From positions 74,627-138,626 of the forward strand of contig CALXSC010000110.1 of the NCBI GenBank assembly GCA_944391025.1: DNA of 64,000 bases. Reading direction: 5' to 3'. Each line of letters starts with the position of its first letter. The stretch's first letter is position 1. Below the pieces are notes generated by a model, which saw nothing but the letters and a program-made list of their open reading frames with translations, did no database searches and was not told where the DNA came from. This document shows positions 48,441-59,450 of the stretch, piece after piece. Source of the DNA: an uncultured Rickettsiales bacterium. GTDB taxonomy: Bacteria; Pseudomonadota; Alphaproteobacteria; Rickettsiales; UBA1997. The position numbers were made by a program, and so were the translations under genes.

Positions 48441-49487
48441 TTAAAAATTATCCAAATCATCATATACACGGGACTTCTTTTCTTTATTTGCATAAACTAC
48501 AGAATTCCCGCCTTTTCTAGCATCTTCTAATCCTTTCTAATAACTATCTTTTCTTACTTGCTTTATTTCATTTTGGAAATAACTAGTAATGTCGTCAACC
48601 ATCTATTTGCCGTTTAGTGCAAACCATGCTGTCTAAACTAAAATTTTAGGATCTGATAAAGCTTTTGCAAAGTAATTATTACCTGCTCCATCTTGACCTG
48701 TAATGAAGTCATATAAATCATCTTTATCTTCATCTGTTAGATTTAAATCATACCCAGAGAATTCATTAAAGTCATCTATATAACTTACAATTTGATTAGC
48801 AAATTGATGATACCTCTCTTTAGCTTGCTCTTCCTATTCGTACTAAGCCTATTTAATGTTTTCGTCTTCAAGTGCTTTATATTCTCTACGAATGGCAGCT
48901 ACCTACTTATTAAATAAAGTCTCATTAGATTTAGCTCTTTCAAGAGCTTCCTGAGCTTCTTCGTCAGTAATATCTCCCATTCTACTAATAAGATCGAAAA
49001 CAAACAACTCATCATCACTATATTGATCTATTTGATAACTTGGTTGCTGCATATTTTTAATATAATTATCAAGTGTAGTTCTCTACACATGATTAATATA
49101 TTCAGCAGGAGTTAAACCACTTTCTCTGATAGCATTAATAAGTCTGGCTTCAGAGTCATCTAAATCTGTATCAGGATCACTATTAGAAGATTCTAGAATG
49201 TTAAGTCTTTCTTCATTACTCAATTCATTCCAATTAACCTCACTAATTTCTCCATTTTCATCTTCAAATTTAATCTTAGTCGGATCTTCAATTCCTTTAC
49301 TCTTTAATAATGTTGTTATGAAATCATCTTCTGGTTGTTCTTCTGGAATTATCTATTCCTCAAATTCCTATTCAATAGGATTAGGAATAGTATTATTCTC
49401 AGGTTCTGAAGTATCGAGTTCAGCCTCAGGTTGGGTGAAATCTTCTACTTCATCGTAAAATTCATCATCATTAATTCCTATTTCCAT
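48441..49487 (-). CDS. scaffolding-like protein (348 aa; acidic N-terminus, coiled coil)
   Basis: ATG at 49487 lies 21 nt after the upstream TAA. TAA is at 48441-48443, 17 nt before the capsid ATG. Product is MEIGINDDEFYDEVEDFTQPEAELDTSEPENN.... It has ten in-frame TAG. The scaffold call rests on composition and position. Confidence 0.55.
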
Positions 49488-49508
49488 ATTATACTATTTT
49501 AATTTAGG

Positions 49509-50075
49509 TTATTCTATAACTTTTATTATATAATATAGCTTATAATAACTTATAGCAGTTTCAGAATCATTCTATATTCCAATAATTCCTTCAGTATTTA
49601 AATCAGACTCATTTGCACCTATAATAAATCTATCAATTAAATTTGGAACTACTATATCATAATCCTTACTATCTCCGTTACAAAGAGTCCATCCTTCAGG
49701 AATAGTATCTCCAGAGAACATTACAATAGTTCCTTTAGGAATCGTATTAGAAGATCCTCCAGCTAGATTTATTTGAGTACTTTTTGAAACCAATGTAACT
49801 TGATTATCATTAGTTACATAAATTCCGTCTTTCTTACCTACTTTATCTGTATTATAAATAAATTTATTCTCTACTGCTAATTTTCCGTCTTTAATTAATG
49901 GAATATATTTATTACCCCACTATATTTTAATATCTCCTTTTGTTCTTAAAACTAAATCTGAAAATCTATTACCTACTGTAGCAAATACTTTACCAAATAA
50001 AGGAACTTTCGGCAAATCATCATCTCCCTTTTCAAGTTTACTAACTCTCTTTTCTAAATCTTCAAGTGTTGCCAT
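49509..50075 (-). CDS. tail-collar-domain protein (188 aa)
   Basis: ATG 50073-50075 overlaps the amidase end by 14 nt. It extends track ORF 49572..49793 by 20 codons past its TAG to TAA at 49509. IPKGTIVMFSGDTIPEGWTLCNG...VPNLIDRFIIGA matches the phage tail collar (PF07484-type) pattern. Confidence 0.6.
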
Positions 50076-50634
50076 AATTTAATATCCCCTTAACATGTAA
50101 ATTAACTATTTTTTGCTTACCTTCTTTAGATAATAAGAAATCTACATCTTCTTTATTATCTTGAAATAAATTTTCAGTTAATACAGAAGGACATTTTGTG
50201 TCTCTACAAATAGCTAATGATTGTACCCAATAAGACTTATCAGCATATTGCCGTCTTATTTTTAATCCAGTAGCTTCTTTGGCAATAGAATCTGCTAATC
50301 TAATAGAATCTTTAGAAGCATTCTGAGCTACAAAAACACTCCACCCATTTGCTTGATGCCAATTATTGTCATTAGCAGAAGCATTACAGTGTACTGATAT
50401 TAAAATAGCATCTTTTCTTTCTTCGTATATTTTATTAGCTCTTTTTACTCTATCATTTAATGGAATATCTATTTCTTCTGGAACTAGATTGATACATTCT
50501 ATATTATGCTTTTTTAATTCATTTTCTATTTCATGTATAATCTCTCTAGCATAAGAATATTCCTGAAGTCTATTGTCAGGACTGCGTTTTCCTGGAGTAT
50601 TTACTCCGTGACCTGGATCTAAGATAACAATCAT
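50062..50634 (-). CDS. N-acetylmuramoyl-L-alanine amidase (Amidase_3-type endolysin), TAG-free
   Basis: This is the 190-aa track ORF: MIVILDPGHGVNTPGK..., ILISVHCNA..., TENLFQDN, which are typical Amidase_3 zinc-ligand regions. The stop is TGA. Confidence 0.8.
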   Translation of the reverse strand: MIVILDPGHGVNTPGKRSPDNRLQEYSYAREIIHEIENELKKHNIECINLVPEEIDIPLNDRVKRANKIYEERKDAILISVHCNASANDNNWHQANGWSVFVAQNASKDSIRLADSIAKEATGLKIRRQYADKSYWVQSLAICRDTKCPSVLTENLFQDNKEDVDFLLSKEGKQKIVNLHVKGILNYGNT

Positions 50635-50705
50635 AAATTTAAATTTAATATATTATATAATTTTTACATCTACATTCTCATATTATTCTATGGACAAATC
50701 TATAA

Positions 50706-50744
50706 TAAAAAAGTCCATACACCAAATAAATTTGATGTTGGACT
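50706..50744 (-). terminator. rho-independent terminator
   Basis: Minus strand has an imperfect hairpin AGTCCAACATC...GGTGTATGGACT followed by TTTTTTATTA, just after the TAA at 50759. Confidence 0.55.
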
Positions 50745-50758
50745 ACTTAAATTATAGA

Positions 50759-51136
50759 TTATATCATATCTTCCCATTCTATAGGTATTCCTAATTTAGC
50801 AGTATCTGCATACCAGCGATTAAAAATAAGATCTGATTCTTTTTCAAATATGTCTTTTATAAACAACATGAAATGCTTTTCGTCAGCTATGCTTGATCCA
50901 TAAAAAATAGATTTGCACCAATTAGCTACATAAACTCCATCATATAACTTAGCATCTTTTAATTCTATATTATGTAATTTTAAAAGATTATCTAATTGAT
51001 CTTTTGTTACATCATTTTTAGATAAATTTTTAATAGCAAATTCACATAACTTCTTATTAAAATGAGGACCATAGTATCTTAAATAGTTAAGAAATCCTTC
51101 AGGTTTTATATCATATTCAGTATAGTCTTCTTTCAT
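50759..51136 (-). CDS. hypothetical protein (125 aa from ATG; 140 aa if the TTG at 51181 is used), TAG-free
   Basis: Track ORF 50759..51181 begins at a TTG three codons after the upstream in-frame TAA. The first ATG is at 51136 (MKEDYTEYDIKPEGF...). The stop is TAA. Confidence 0.55.
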   Translation of the reverse strand: MKEDYTEYDIKPEGFLNYLRYYGPHFNKKLCEFAIKNLSKNDVTKDQLDNLLKLHNIELKDAKLYDGVYVANWCKSIFYGSSIADEKHFMLFIKDIFEKESDLIFNRWYADTAKLGIPIEWEDMI

Positions 51137-51187
51137 ATTATAAACTAAAAAGGCAGAGGTACTAATGAGTACATCTGCCAATAATAA

Positions 51188-51352
51188 TTAATATCCGTAT
51201 CTACCTCTTGTTCTACTATCTCTCTCTTCATCCTCATCATAATGTTCTTCGGATAAAGCTTTCATTATTTTACAGGCGAGCTGCTTAATTTTATGGAGAT
51301 GTTCCAACGAATCTTCATAAGAACTTTCTCTAACTTCAATGAATCCTTTCAT
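51188..51352 (-). CDS. small acidic protein (54 aa)
   Basis: ATG at 51352, TAA 51188-51190. Product is MKGFIEVRESSYEDSLEHLHKIKQLACKIMKALSEEHYDEDEERDSRTRGRYGY. Confidence 0.45.
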   Translation of the reverse strand: MKGFIEVRESSYEDSLEHLHKIKQLACKIMKALSEEHYDEDEERDSRTRGRYGY

Positions 51353-51360
51353 AATAAATA

Positions 51361-51834
51361 TTATTTAGTTTCAACCAATAGGGTAAGTATCTTATCCATT
51401 TTAGTCTCAATACCTCCAATTTTAGTTTTAAGATTACTAATATCATCATCTCTCTCCTTTTCTTTAGCATATCTAGGATTTAGGTCCTTTAATATTTCTT
51501 CACAAGAAGAGATAACTTTATTATGATAAGGAATACTATTTATTATACTTTTACTGTTCTACAACATGTTATCTACCTCAATAGACATTAGTTCTTTAGT
51601 TTCTGAAATTATAGCATTGTTGTATGTAGCAACTGATAAATTACTAGGAACATTTTTAAAGTCCATAGTCTATTCTCCAGCCCTAACACTAATATCTACT
51701 GTAGATCCATTCATTAAAAAATTATTATTATAATTAGGCTAAGTGATTCCAGTTATCTAACCTACTTTGAGAGTGGGATTATCTCCCTTTTCTAAAACGT
51801 ATACTATACTACCCTATTGTAATGCTGAAAACAT
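51361..51834 (-). CDS. hypothetical protein (157 aa)
   Basis: ATG at 51834, TAA 51361-51363. Length was verified by residue count. It has seven in-frame TAG and a C-terminal coiled coil. Confidence 0.5.
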
Positions 51835-51851
51835 ATTTTAATTATTAAATA

Positions 51852-52193
51852 TTATAAACTAGTAACTAACTGCAATGTATTTGTAGAACTTTCAAACCAC
51901 ACTAAATAAATTCCAGTTCCTTTTATATCTGCTACTGTAACTGTTGTACCATCGTATCCAGTTAATGTTATTGCATTAGCTCCAGAAGAAGTAAATACTA
52001 TAGGTAAAGTTGCTGTAGTTCCAGAAGGAATCTACTATGCTAGATTAACTACAATCAATCCTCTAAAAGGAGCACCAATATTAGGATGATTATTAAAATC
52101 AAACTAAACTTCTGTAGAAGTAACATTAACTGATAATGACCTAACTGCGGGAATTCCGCTTCGATTTACATTTATATAAGAAGGTAATATCAT
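51852..52193 (-). CDS. hypothetical beta-rich protein (113 aa)
   Basis: ATG at 52193 is preceded by AAGGAGG. TAA is at 51852-51854. Product is MILPSYINVNRSGIPAVRSLSVNVTSTEVQFDF.... Confidence 0.5.
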
Positions 52194-52207
52194 ATTTACC
52201 TCCTTTC

Positions 52208-53164
52208 TTAACCCCAAAGTGAGTTATTGCAACTCCAAGTACCATAACCTAAGCCATATGTATTGGCAAGGCAAGTAGGAACGGCTGTTAAATTAGGCCA
52301 TTGTACACTTACTGTTTCAGGAAGCTTACATTTAATTCCATTAACATCACCCTATAAATTAGCAACAGCACTAGCAATAGGAGCAGTAGCAGACTGAATC
52401 ATTTGATTAAATACTGCAGTTTGCTGCCCGTTATTAATAATCACATCTTTCTAAGAATTAGCTTCTCTCAAAGCGTCAATCTTATTCTACATTTCTCTCA
52501 TTTCAGCATCCCTCTGACCAGCTAAAATCTGATCAGTAGCAGATCTTATACTATCTCTCAAATCACATGTTTGCCTTTGTGTTTCATAGGCAATACTAGC
52601 GAAACCTCTTTCCTATCCAACATTCACACCATTTATAGCAGTTTGTAATGTATTAGTCTATTGACAAATAGCTAATTGATTATCGCAGCAGCATTTAGCA
52701 AGCTGAGAAGCAATCTAGCAATTACCAGCCTAAATAGCATTAATAATCTGTTGAGAAGACATACCTACTTGATTACCTACTCCCTGAACTTGTGACATAA
52801 CAGAGCTTAGAGCAGATTTAATACTATTAACATCACAATTAAGAGTTGCAGCAAGCTAACTAATAGCACTACCATTTCCCTAAATTGCAGACATTAACAA
52901 TTCTCTACCTGCATCATTATTGATGAGGTTTCCAAGATAAGCATCTCCAGCTCCTCTGTTTACACCGAAACCTCCCATTAAAGCAAATAAGAAGATAATC
53001 CACATAAACCAACCACCTTCACCACCAAATCCATAATTATTTCTATTCATTAATAATAGATTTGGATCTAACCCTCTCTGGGATAACAATGGAGCTAAAA
53101 GAGATACTAATTCTCCACTACTTGTTCCCGTTTCAGGAAACATAAATACTTTACTTTCAGACAT
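52208..53164 (-). CDS. membrane-anchored Cys/Gln-rich coiled-coil protein (318 aa), possible lysis or ejection accessory
   Basis: Track ORF 52880..53164 continues through TAG to TAA at 52208-52210. It has a predicted TM segment GGWFMWIIFLFALMGGFGV, then QLAKCCCDNQLAICQQ..., and about 14 in-frame TAG. Confidence 0.55.
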
Positions 53165-53259
53165 AAATAACTTTTTAGCTTAGATAATAATTGCACATCT
53201 TTTAAAAAACAAAAATTTAGATTCTGTGAGATCTCAAATGTAAAAAAATATAATCTGCA

Positions 53260-53275
53260 ATAATTCCGGAATTAT
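53260..53275. promoter_or_regulatory. perfect 16-bp palindrome ATAATTCCGGAATTAT in an intergenic gap
   Basis: Read directly. It lies between the candidate promoter and the ATG at 53164. Confidence 0.4.
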
Positions 53276-53341
53276 AATTAAATTTTCTAATCAAAGATAC
53301 ATAAGTACTTAGATAGAAAATTTTAATTATTTTTTACAAAG

Positions 53342-53372
53342 CAAAGTTATATTCTTTTGAGATATTCACAAA
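53342..53372 (-). promoter_or_regulatory. candidate Bacteroidetes-type promoter (TTTG ... TAnnTTTG)
   Basis: Minus strand reads TTTG-tgaatatctcaaaagaata-TAACTTTG inside the only sizeable non-coding gap (53165-53453), about 170 nt upstream of the ATG at 53164. Confidence 0.3.
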
Positions 53373-53453
53373 ATCTAGATTTTTATACTAAGCTAAAAAT
53401 AAATATTTATTAAAGAGTAAAGTTTAAAATTTTAAAACAAATTAAAGAAAATT

Positions 53454-53840
53454 TTATTGTATATCGTTTTCTTTAATATCAGGAGCATCTATTTCAAAAT
53501 CTAATATTGCTAATAAGTCTTCTATTTCTTTATCTGTATATGGACATCTATTTTTACAAGATTCCACAGTACAAATTTTTCCAATCATTCTTATAACAAC
53601 ATTTTTTAATCGAATAAGATCTCCTTTGTTTTTATCAATAATTTTACCGTAGATATCAAGTTTTCTTCCTAGATCTTTAACCATCTTTTGATACACTTCC
53701 ATAGAAGCTTTGATATTCTCTATAGTAGTAGTATCTACCTCAGCATTATACTTTCTTTTAGTAAATAACCAAGTTCCCAAAGAAGAAAAAAATGTAGTAA
53801 GAATACCTATAGCCCCAGTAATTATTACACCGAAATCCAT
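53454..53840 (-). CDS. small N-terminally membrane-anchored protein (128 aa), holin/spanin-like, TAG-free
   Basis: Track ORF with a TAA stop. MDFGVIITGAIGILTTFFSSLGTWLF forms one TM segment, followed by a charged coiled coil. Confidence 0.5.
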   Translation of the reverse strand: MDFGVIITGAIGILTTFFSSLGTWLFTKRKYNAEVDTTTIENIKASMEVYQKMVKDLGRKLDIYGKIIDKNKGDLIRLKNVVIRMIGKICTVESCKNRCPYTDKEIEDLLAILDFEIDAPDIKENDIQ

Positions 53841-53864
53841 TTTATATCAGAAAGTAAAGTTTTA

Positions 53865-55592
53865 TTAAAGGTTTCCATTAGCTAATATATTGCTATGAGC
53901 TAAAGTAATATATTTAATTGATCCATCTACACCGTCAGTTTTAAATCTAACTTTACAGAATAGTTTTCTAGGAAGGTTAGCTGACAAAGGATCTGTAACA
54001 TCCATATCATCAGTTATCGTACTCCATCCCTCAACTTCACTAGTATAGTCTGGAACTTCACAAGTTATTTCAGCTAAAAATATTTTTCTATTACTATCAT
54101 CTACATTTATCACAATATCACCTGCTTCTGCATTCGCATGACCATCCTATATATAGGCATCCAGATTAGCCCAGAATCTTTTAATTGTTATAGTTAGAGA
54201 CGGATAATTAAATTCATATATAACATCTCCAGCATCATTTGTAATTATACTCTATAGATAAGTAGATAAGTACTATTGAATGGAGTCAGTAGTACCATTA
54301 TAACCATCTCCAATAAGGGTAAATGTAACAGTATCGTTATATAATACTGTATCAGAAGTACTTTCAGATACTAACTAATTATGCATCTATACTAATACTT
54401 CGCTACCTACATCATCTATATTAACAAGATTAGACTAATGTGTAGGATACATTACTCTATTAAGAACGTGTATACCCATTTCTTCTGGAGTATAAGACTA
54501 TTCTTTACAAATTTCAGAAGTAAGAACTCCAAAATCTACATTTAAGTGATTAGATGAATTAACTAATGAATTTAGTTTAATTTTATCCTAAGAACTCATT
54601 AATCCATTCTAAGTAGTGGTAGCTACGTCAGTACTTGCTTTACCAGCTAATGCATCTGTCACCGTTTTCTAACTCATTATATTAGAAGTAGAAGAACCAG
54701 TAGATTGTACAATCTAAGTTTGCTTTACATAATCGGAGAGATCAATTCCAGAACCAGCAGCAATATCATCAACAGTAGCTACTTCTTTACCATTATAAGT
54801 AAAAGAAGAGCTATTTATTGTAATACTTTGACTATCTATCATAATATCTTGGCCACCTAATGAAATATTGTTACTTCCATATAAACTTAACTATCCGCTT
54901 TCAAAAGTAATAGGACCTCCATATAAACCATTTGTAGTAATTTGTTCTATATCAATCTATAAATGTCCTAAACTATCGTATTTAAACAGTTTATCATTAG
55001 CAGTTATATTAAAACTAACTTCATCATCTCCTGATTTAGACAAACTAAACGAAATAGATTCATTAGTATTTAACTTAGCATAATTACTTAAATCACCTAT
55101 TGTGGCTATTTCATTATTTTCTGAATCTGCAGTTTTATAATATACTTTATTGTTTAGAATAGATAACATTCTAGTACTAGGCGGTAAGTCAAAAAATATA
55201 GAAGGAGCAAGAAATTTTAAATGATTTCCATAAGTTTGTATTTCTACAGCATCTCTAGCACTATATATAGTTAACTTATCTACAGAACATAGAGTTAAAT
55301 AATCATTACTTCCTAACGTTAACTAAGAATTAGCTGCACTACCTTTCTTTACATATCCACTTAAATCTACTCCAGAACCTTCTACTGTACTCCATTTTAA
55401 TAAAGTGCCGTCAGTACTTAATACCTATCCATCAGTTCCGCCATCTGGAACGGCTCTATAATATTTATTTTTAGCCCATATTTCATTAGTATCTTCTATA
55501 AATGCAATAGAAGAATCGTTTATTTCACCACCTTCTAGGGCTGTCGTAAAATTATCTTTAGTTTTTACTTGAATGAATTGTCCATCAATCAT
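53865..55592 (-). CDS. tail fibre protein (575 aa)
   Basis: ATG 55590-55592, TAA 53865-53867. Track ORFs 54957 and 53865 share the frame. It contains the fibre motifs IMSQKTVTDALAGKA and GLMSSQDKIKLNSL. Confidence 0.7.
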
Positions 55593-55610
55593 AATTGTAT
55601 TTTAAATATA

Positions 55611-55746
55611 TTAAAAATTACCTCCAGCATAAATCTCATTTTTCTTGCTTAATAAAAGCAATTAAATCTTCTAAACTTGTATCTTGAATTAAAGCTTCTT
55701 CAAATTTAGCTTGGGTAGGAACCTATACAAACTATATCCCATTTTT
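55611..55746 (-). pseudogene. decayed copy of the tail-fibre N-terminal module (no start codon, frame broken at A-runs)
   Basis: Lies in the 170-nt spacer. ..FVQVPTQAKFEEALIQDTSLEDLIAFIKQEK*, then NEIYAGGNF* in another frame, parallels MKFVQAITKANFQEQLVSDPSLQDCIAFIEDTSEIYARGKYY of gene 55763..56293. Confidence 0.45.
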
Positions 55747-55762
55747 TTACTGTTGCCGTATA

Positions 55763-56293
55763 TTATTCTATTATTGCCCATTTATTAGTAGTACCTCCTG
55801 AACCGATTTCGATCCAATCTGTTCTCCATGATCCTGCTTCCCAGTATCTAATATACATCTTACATGTATCTCCTGCAAATAATACTTGGTGTACAACTGC
55901 ACTTCCAGATCTATAAATAGATAATGTAAAATTATCTACACCTTCAGGTTTACCTGTTATGTGATTACCTCCGTAAGCATAATATAAACCTGCATCAGTT
56001 ATATTATATAAATCATCGAGATTCTAGTTAGTGAGTTGTTTTTCCTGACCAAATATTTTTCCTGTTAATTTATTATTTGTATTTGTTATTTCTGTACCAA
56101 TAGCATTAATATAAACTGCTATTGCTTCTCCTAACGAATTAAATAGCTCCTAAGTAACAAAACAAGAATAATACTTTCCTCTAGCATAAATTTCAGAAGT
56201 ATCTTCAATAAACGCTATGCAGTCTTGCAAGGAAGGATCGGATACTAGTTGTTCCTAAAAATTAGCTTTAGTTATCGCCTATACAAATTTCAT
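55763..56293 (-). CDS. short tail-fibre/receptor-binding-type protein (176 aa)
   Basis: ATG at 56293, TAA 55763-55765 (residue count verified). It shares the N-terminal module with the 575-aa fibre. Confidence 0.55.
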
Positions 56294-56295
56294 AA

Positions 56296-56898
56296 TTATA
56301 CTATCTATACATATATATTTACTAACTCATCTAAATTATTATATACTGGGATACCTGTATCCCTAGTACACAAATACACTACATTGTTCTATATATAATA
56401 TTTATCTTTATTCAATTCCATATTTCCATTATAAGGAATTGGATCAGATAAAGTACCTTCATGTTCTACTTCAACTATTTTCCAAAGAGAAGATGTTTCT
56501 ATCCTAGGTTTCCAATTATCCTAAGTTGTATGAGACTAAATACATTCATATAATGTATCTTCACACAAATATCTTTCTCCTTGATTTACTTGTAAATTAC
56601 TTTTCCAGACTGGAAAGTACTATTTAACTGATAGAGATTCCTTAGCAGTTAAATTAAATGTATTTATACTTTTATCTATATTTTTAGTAAAGAATAAATC
56701 TCTTACTTTAGTTTCAACATCTTTTCTGTAGTAATACTGTTCTTCTGTTTCTTCTATGGGTAAAGTATTTAACTCTTCAAACATTTCTTCTGACATAGTA
56801 CTATTTATGCGGCATCTTTTAAAATAAGATGTAGTATTTTTCAATCTTATATATTTACCATCAGTACTATATATTTCATTATTTTCAATCTTTAACAT
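56296..56898 (-). CDS. 200-aa protein with a CBM5/12-like (chitin-binding-type) carbohydrate-binding motif
   Basis: Track ORF 56620..56898 continues through TAG to TAA at 56296-56298. WKSNLQVNQGERYLCEDTLYECIQSHTTQDNWKP...SLW resembles the W..G..Y..G..V.Y.G..Y.C...HTSQ..W.P pattern. Confidence 0.45.
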
Positions 56899-57881
56899 TA
56901 TGCTTTAGCTAATAACATTTTAGTATGATTTTCTAATTGCTATAGAACATCAGGATCTTGTATAGCTCTATTATAAGCTGATTCATGCAAAGTAATTGTA
57001 ACAGGATTAGTTAATTCTGCATCACTTAATCCGTTATATAACATTTTATATACACTCTACGCAGTTAAACTAGGACAATCCGCAAAAGATATATCAATTT
57101 TTATTTTTCTAATATCACAATCTTCTAAGGATGTACATCCTTTAAATATCTAATGCATATTATCTGCCGTAGTTACATTTGATAAATCAATATATCCTAT
57201 AATTCTCCTTAATTTAGATGAATTACCAAAAGCATTTCTTGCATTACTTGTTTTTATTCCATCTCCTTTATTAGGAATATACAAGACTTCAAACTAGGTA
57301 TTTGCGCAAAAATTATACATAGAAGTTTGGCCATAATCTACATCCCAGCATTGTCTTGGAAATAAATTTGCTCTTGCTGGATTATTAGCATACATAAATG
57401 CCATATTAGAGGGGTGTCCATAATCGTATACAGCATTAGCTATCATTACTGCCATCTATTCCGAAGTTATATCCATCAATCCTGAATACTAAAAATACCC
57501 TGTATCTTCATTGTAGCTTACTCCATAATAAGAAGTTGCTAGTAATTTTAAAGTTTCTATATTAGGTTCATTAGCTATTGCTAAGGATTTAATAATATCC
57601 TAAGCATTTTGTGTAGCAGAAATAGCATTGTTTGTAGCCTATACTGCTTCCTAAGTCTTTTTTTCTAAATCAGCTATGGTTACATCGGGCATAGTACGCC
57701 AAGCTATATCAGAATTATTATGTGCAGATAATACTTGTAAACTAGAAGTTTCATTAGCAGTTACCTCAGGTAGATTTGAGAATATTACTGGGGCTTTAGT
57801 TATCCAGTCCAAAGTATCTGTAAATACAGGAGTTCCATTACTTTGCGTATTAAAAACATGATCAACAGTAAGTAATTCCAT
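56898..57881 (-). CDS. 327-aa tail-associated protein, possibly BspA-type leucine-rich repeats
   Basis: Track ORF 57651..57881 continues through TAG to TAA at 56898-56900 (TAATG overlap with the next start). It contains segments such as FKGCTSLEDCDIRKIKIDISFADCPSLT. Confidence 0.4.
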
Positions 57882-57889
57882 ATTTTATA

Positions 57890-57931
57890 AATTAAAATAG
57901 AGAGAACTCTCTCAAATAAAGAGAGTTCTCA
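57890..57931 (-). terminator. rho-independent terminator
   Basis: Minus strand reads GAGAACTCTCT-ttatttg-AGAGAGTTCTC followed by TCTATTTTAATTT, after the TAA at 57944. Confidence 0.7.
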
Positions 57932-57943
57932 CTAAAATATATA

Positions 57944-59431
57944 TTATTCAATAGTTTGCCATTCTAATTGACTTACAGAAGAATCTACCTTAGCTTCCAA
58001 TTTACCTAAAGCAGAGTTGATTGTATCTGTAGCAACAATGGCAGCACTAGTACCCTTAGCATACCCAGTAAGTACACCTTGTGAACCAGCAGTGGTCTTT
58101 GTTAACAAATTAGCTACTACAATAGAATCAAGTTTAGCTTTATCTTCTTTAAGCATGTAACCATCTGCAGAAGACGATACTGCAGGAATGGTTACTACAC
58201 CAGCAGAAGGATTAATTGCAGCATTAGAACCTAACTTAACCTATTTAACTGCAGCAGAAACAGCATTAGTGGCATCCTTCACTTCCTGATACAATTCACT
58301 GGTCATATAACCATCAGTAGCATCAGTAACAGCGGGAATAGTTACTACTCCATCAGCAGCTTCAATAGTTTCAGTACCTAACTTAATTTCTGTAATCTAA
58401 CCATCAGATAAATCATTTATCATCGATAATAGATTCTAGGTAGCCTAAGTTAAATTACTTGCACTACCAGGAAGACTAGTTCCAGTACCAACGATAGTTT
58501 CTAATGAAGTAACTTTACCATCTGTTGTAGGTTTCCAGGCAACTAACTGATCCAAATTAACTTTATCGGTCTTAGACATAACACCAGCGAATCCGTCAGT
58601 AGCAGCAGCAATTTGGAATGTTGCACCTAATACAGGTTCACCGTATTTGTTATCGTCACCCTTTGCAACAGCTCCTAATTGAATAGTTACCTGAGTATCA
58701 TTAGCAGTAGCCCCAGCACCGTGTGATCCTGTGATAATCTAATCAGGAAGAGAATCAAGAGCTTCTCTATTAAGTTTACCCTTATCACCTGCGTAAGCTG
58801 TACTAGAAGTTTCTCCTAAAGTAATAGAAGCAGAAATTTCTACATAAGCTGAACCACTCCAACGATAAGTCTTGCCTGTATCAATAGTTACATAAATCTT
58901 ACCAGTTTGCTTAGCATTTCCAGTTTCATCAGACTATAATGCAGCAAGATTTTCATATTCAAGAACATCATCAACGTAACTAGGTAAATAAGTAGCTTCA
59001 ATCTTAGAATCTGCACCAAGTCCTACAAAACCATTAGGTTGATTCTTCTGAGAAGCTAATACATATCTAGATTCATCAAATTCTAAATCTTCTAAAGTTA
59101 AATCTAAAGATGTACCAGAAAGAGCATGTCCGTTTAACTAGAAAGTTTTATCTACTTTTTTCTCTAATTCTGTACCTACATTACCAGAAATATCAGAACC
59201 TACTTTTACCCAAGATCCTTCCTGAGTAATATTTTCAGGATCATTAAGAATATAGATGGCTTGTTCATCTGTAACTACCACAGCCATACCTAAATAGTAG
59301 TTCTTATCTGCATAAGTACTGGCGGTAGTTAAATCAGCTTTTGACTAAACTACAAGCCTAGCATCCAACGGGGCCTACCCAGTCGGTTCAAAGTTTACCG
59401 CGAAAATAGCTGTACCTTTACTTCTTGCCAT
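57944..59431 (-). CDS. tail fibre protein (495 aa)
   Basis: ATG at 59431 lies 19 nt after the upstream TAA and is preceded by TAGGAGGA. TAA is at 57944-57946. Product begins MARSKGTAIFAVNFEPTGQAPLDARLVV...YYLGMAVVVTDEQAIYIL.... It also has repeated GFAGVMSKTDKVNLD, DGYMTSELY and DGYMLKEDKAKLD motifs. Confidence 0.7.
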
Positions 59432-59450
59432 AATTTAAATCCTCCTATAA

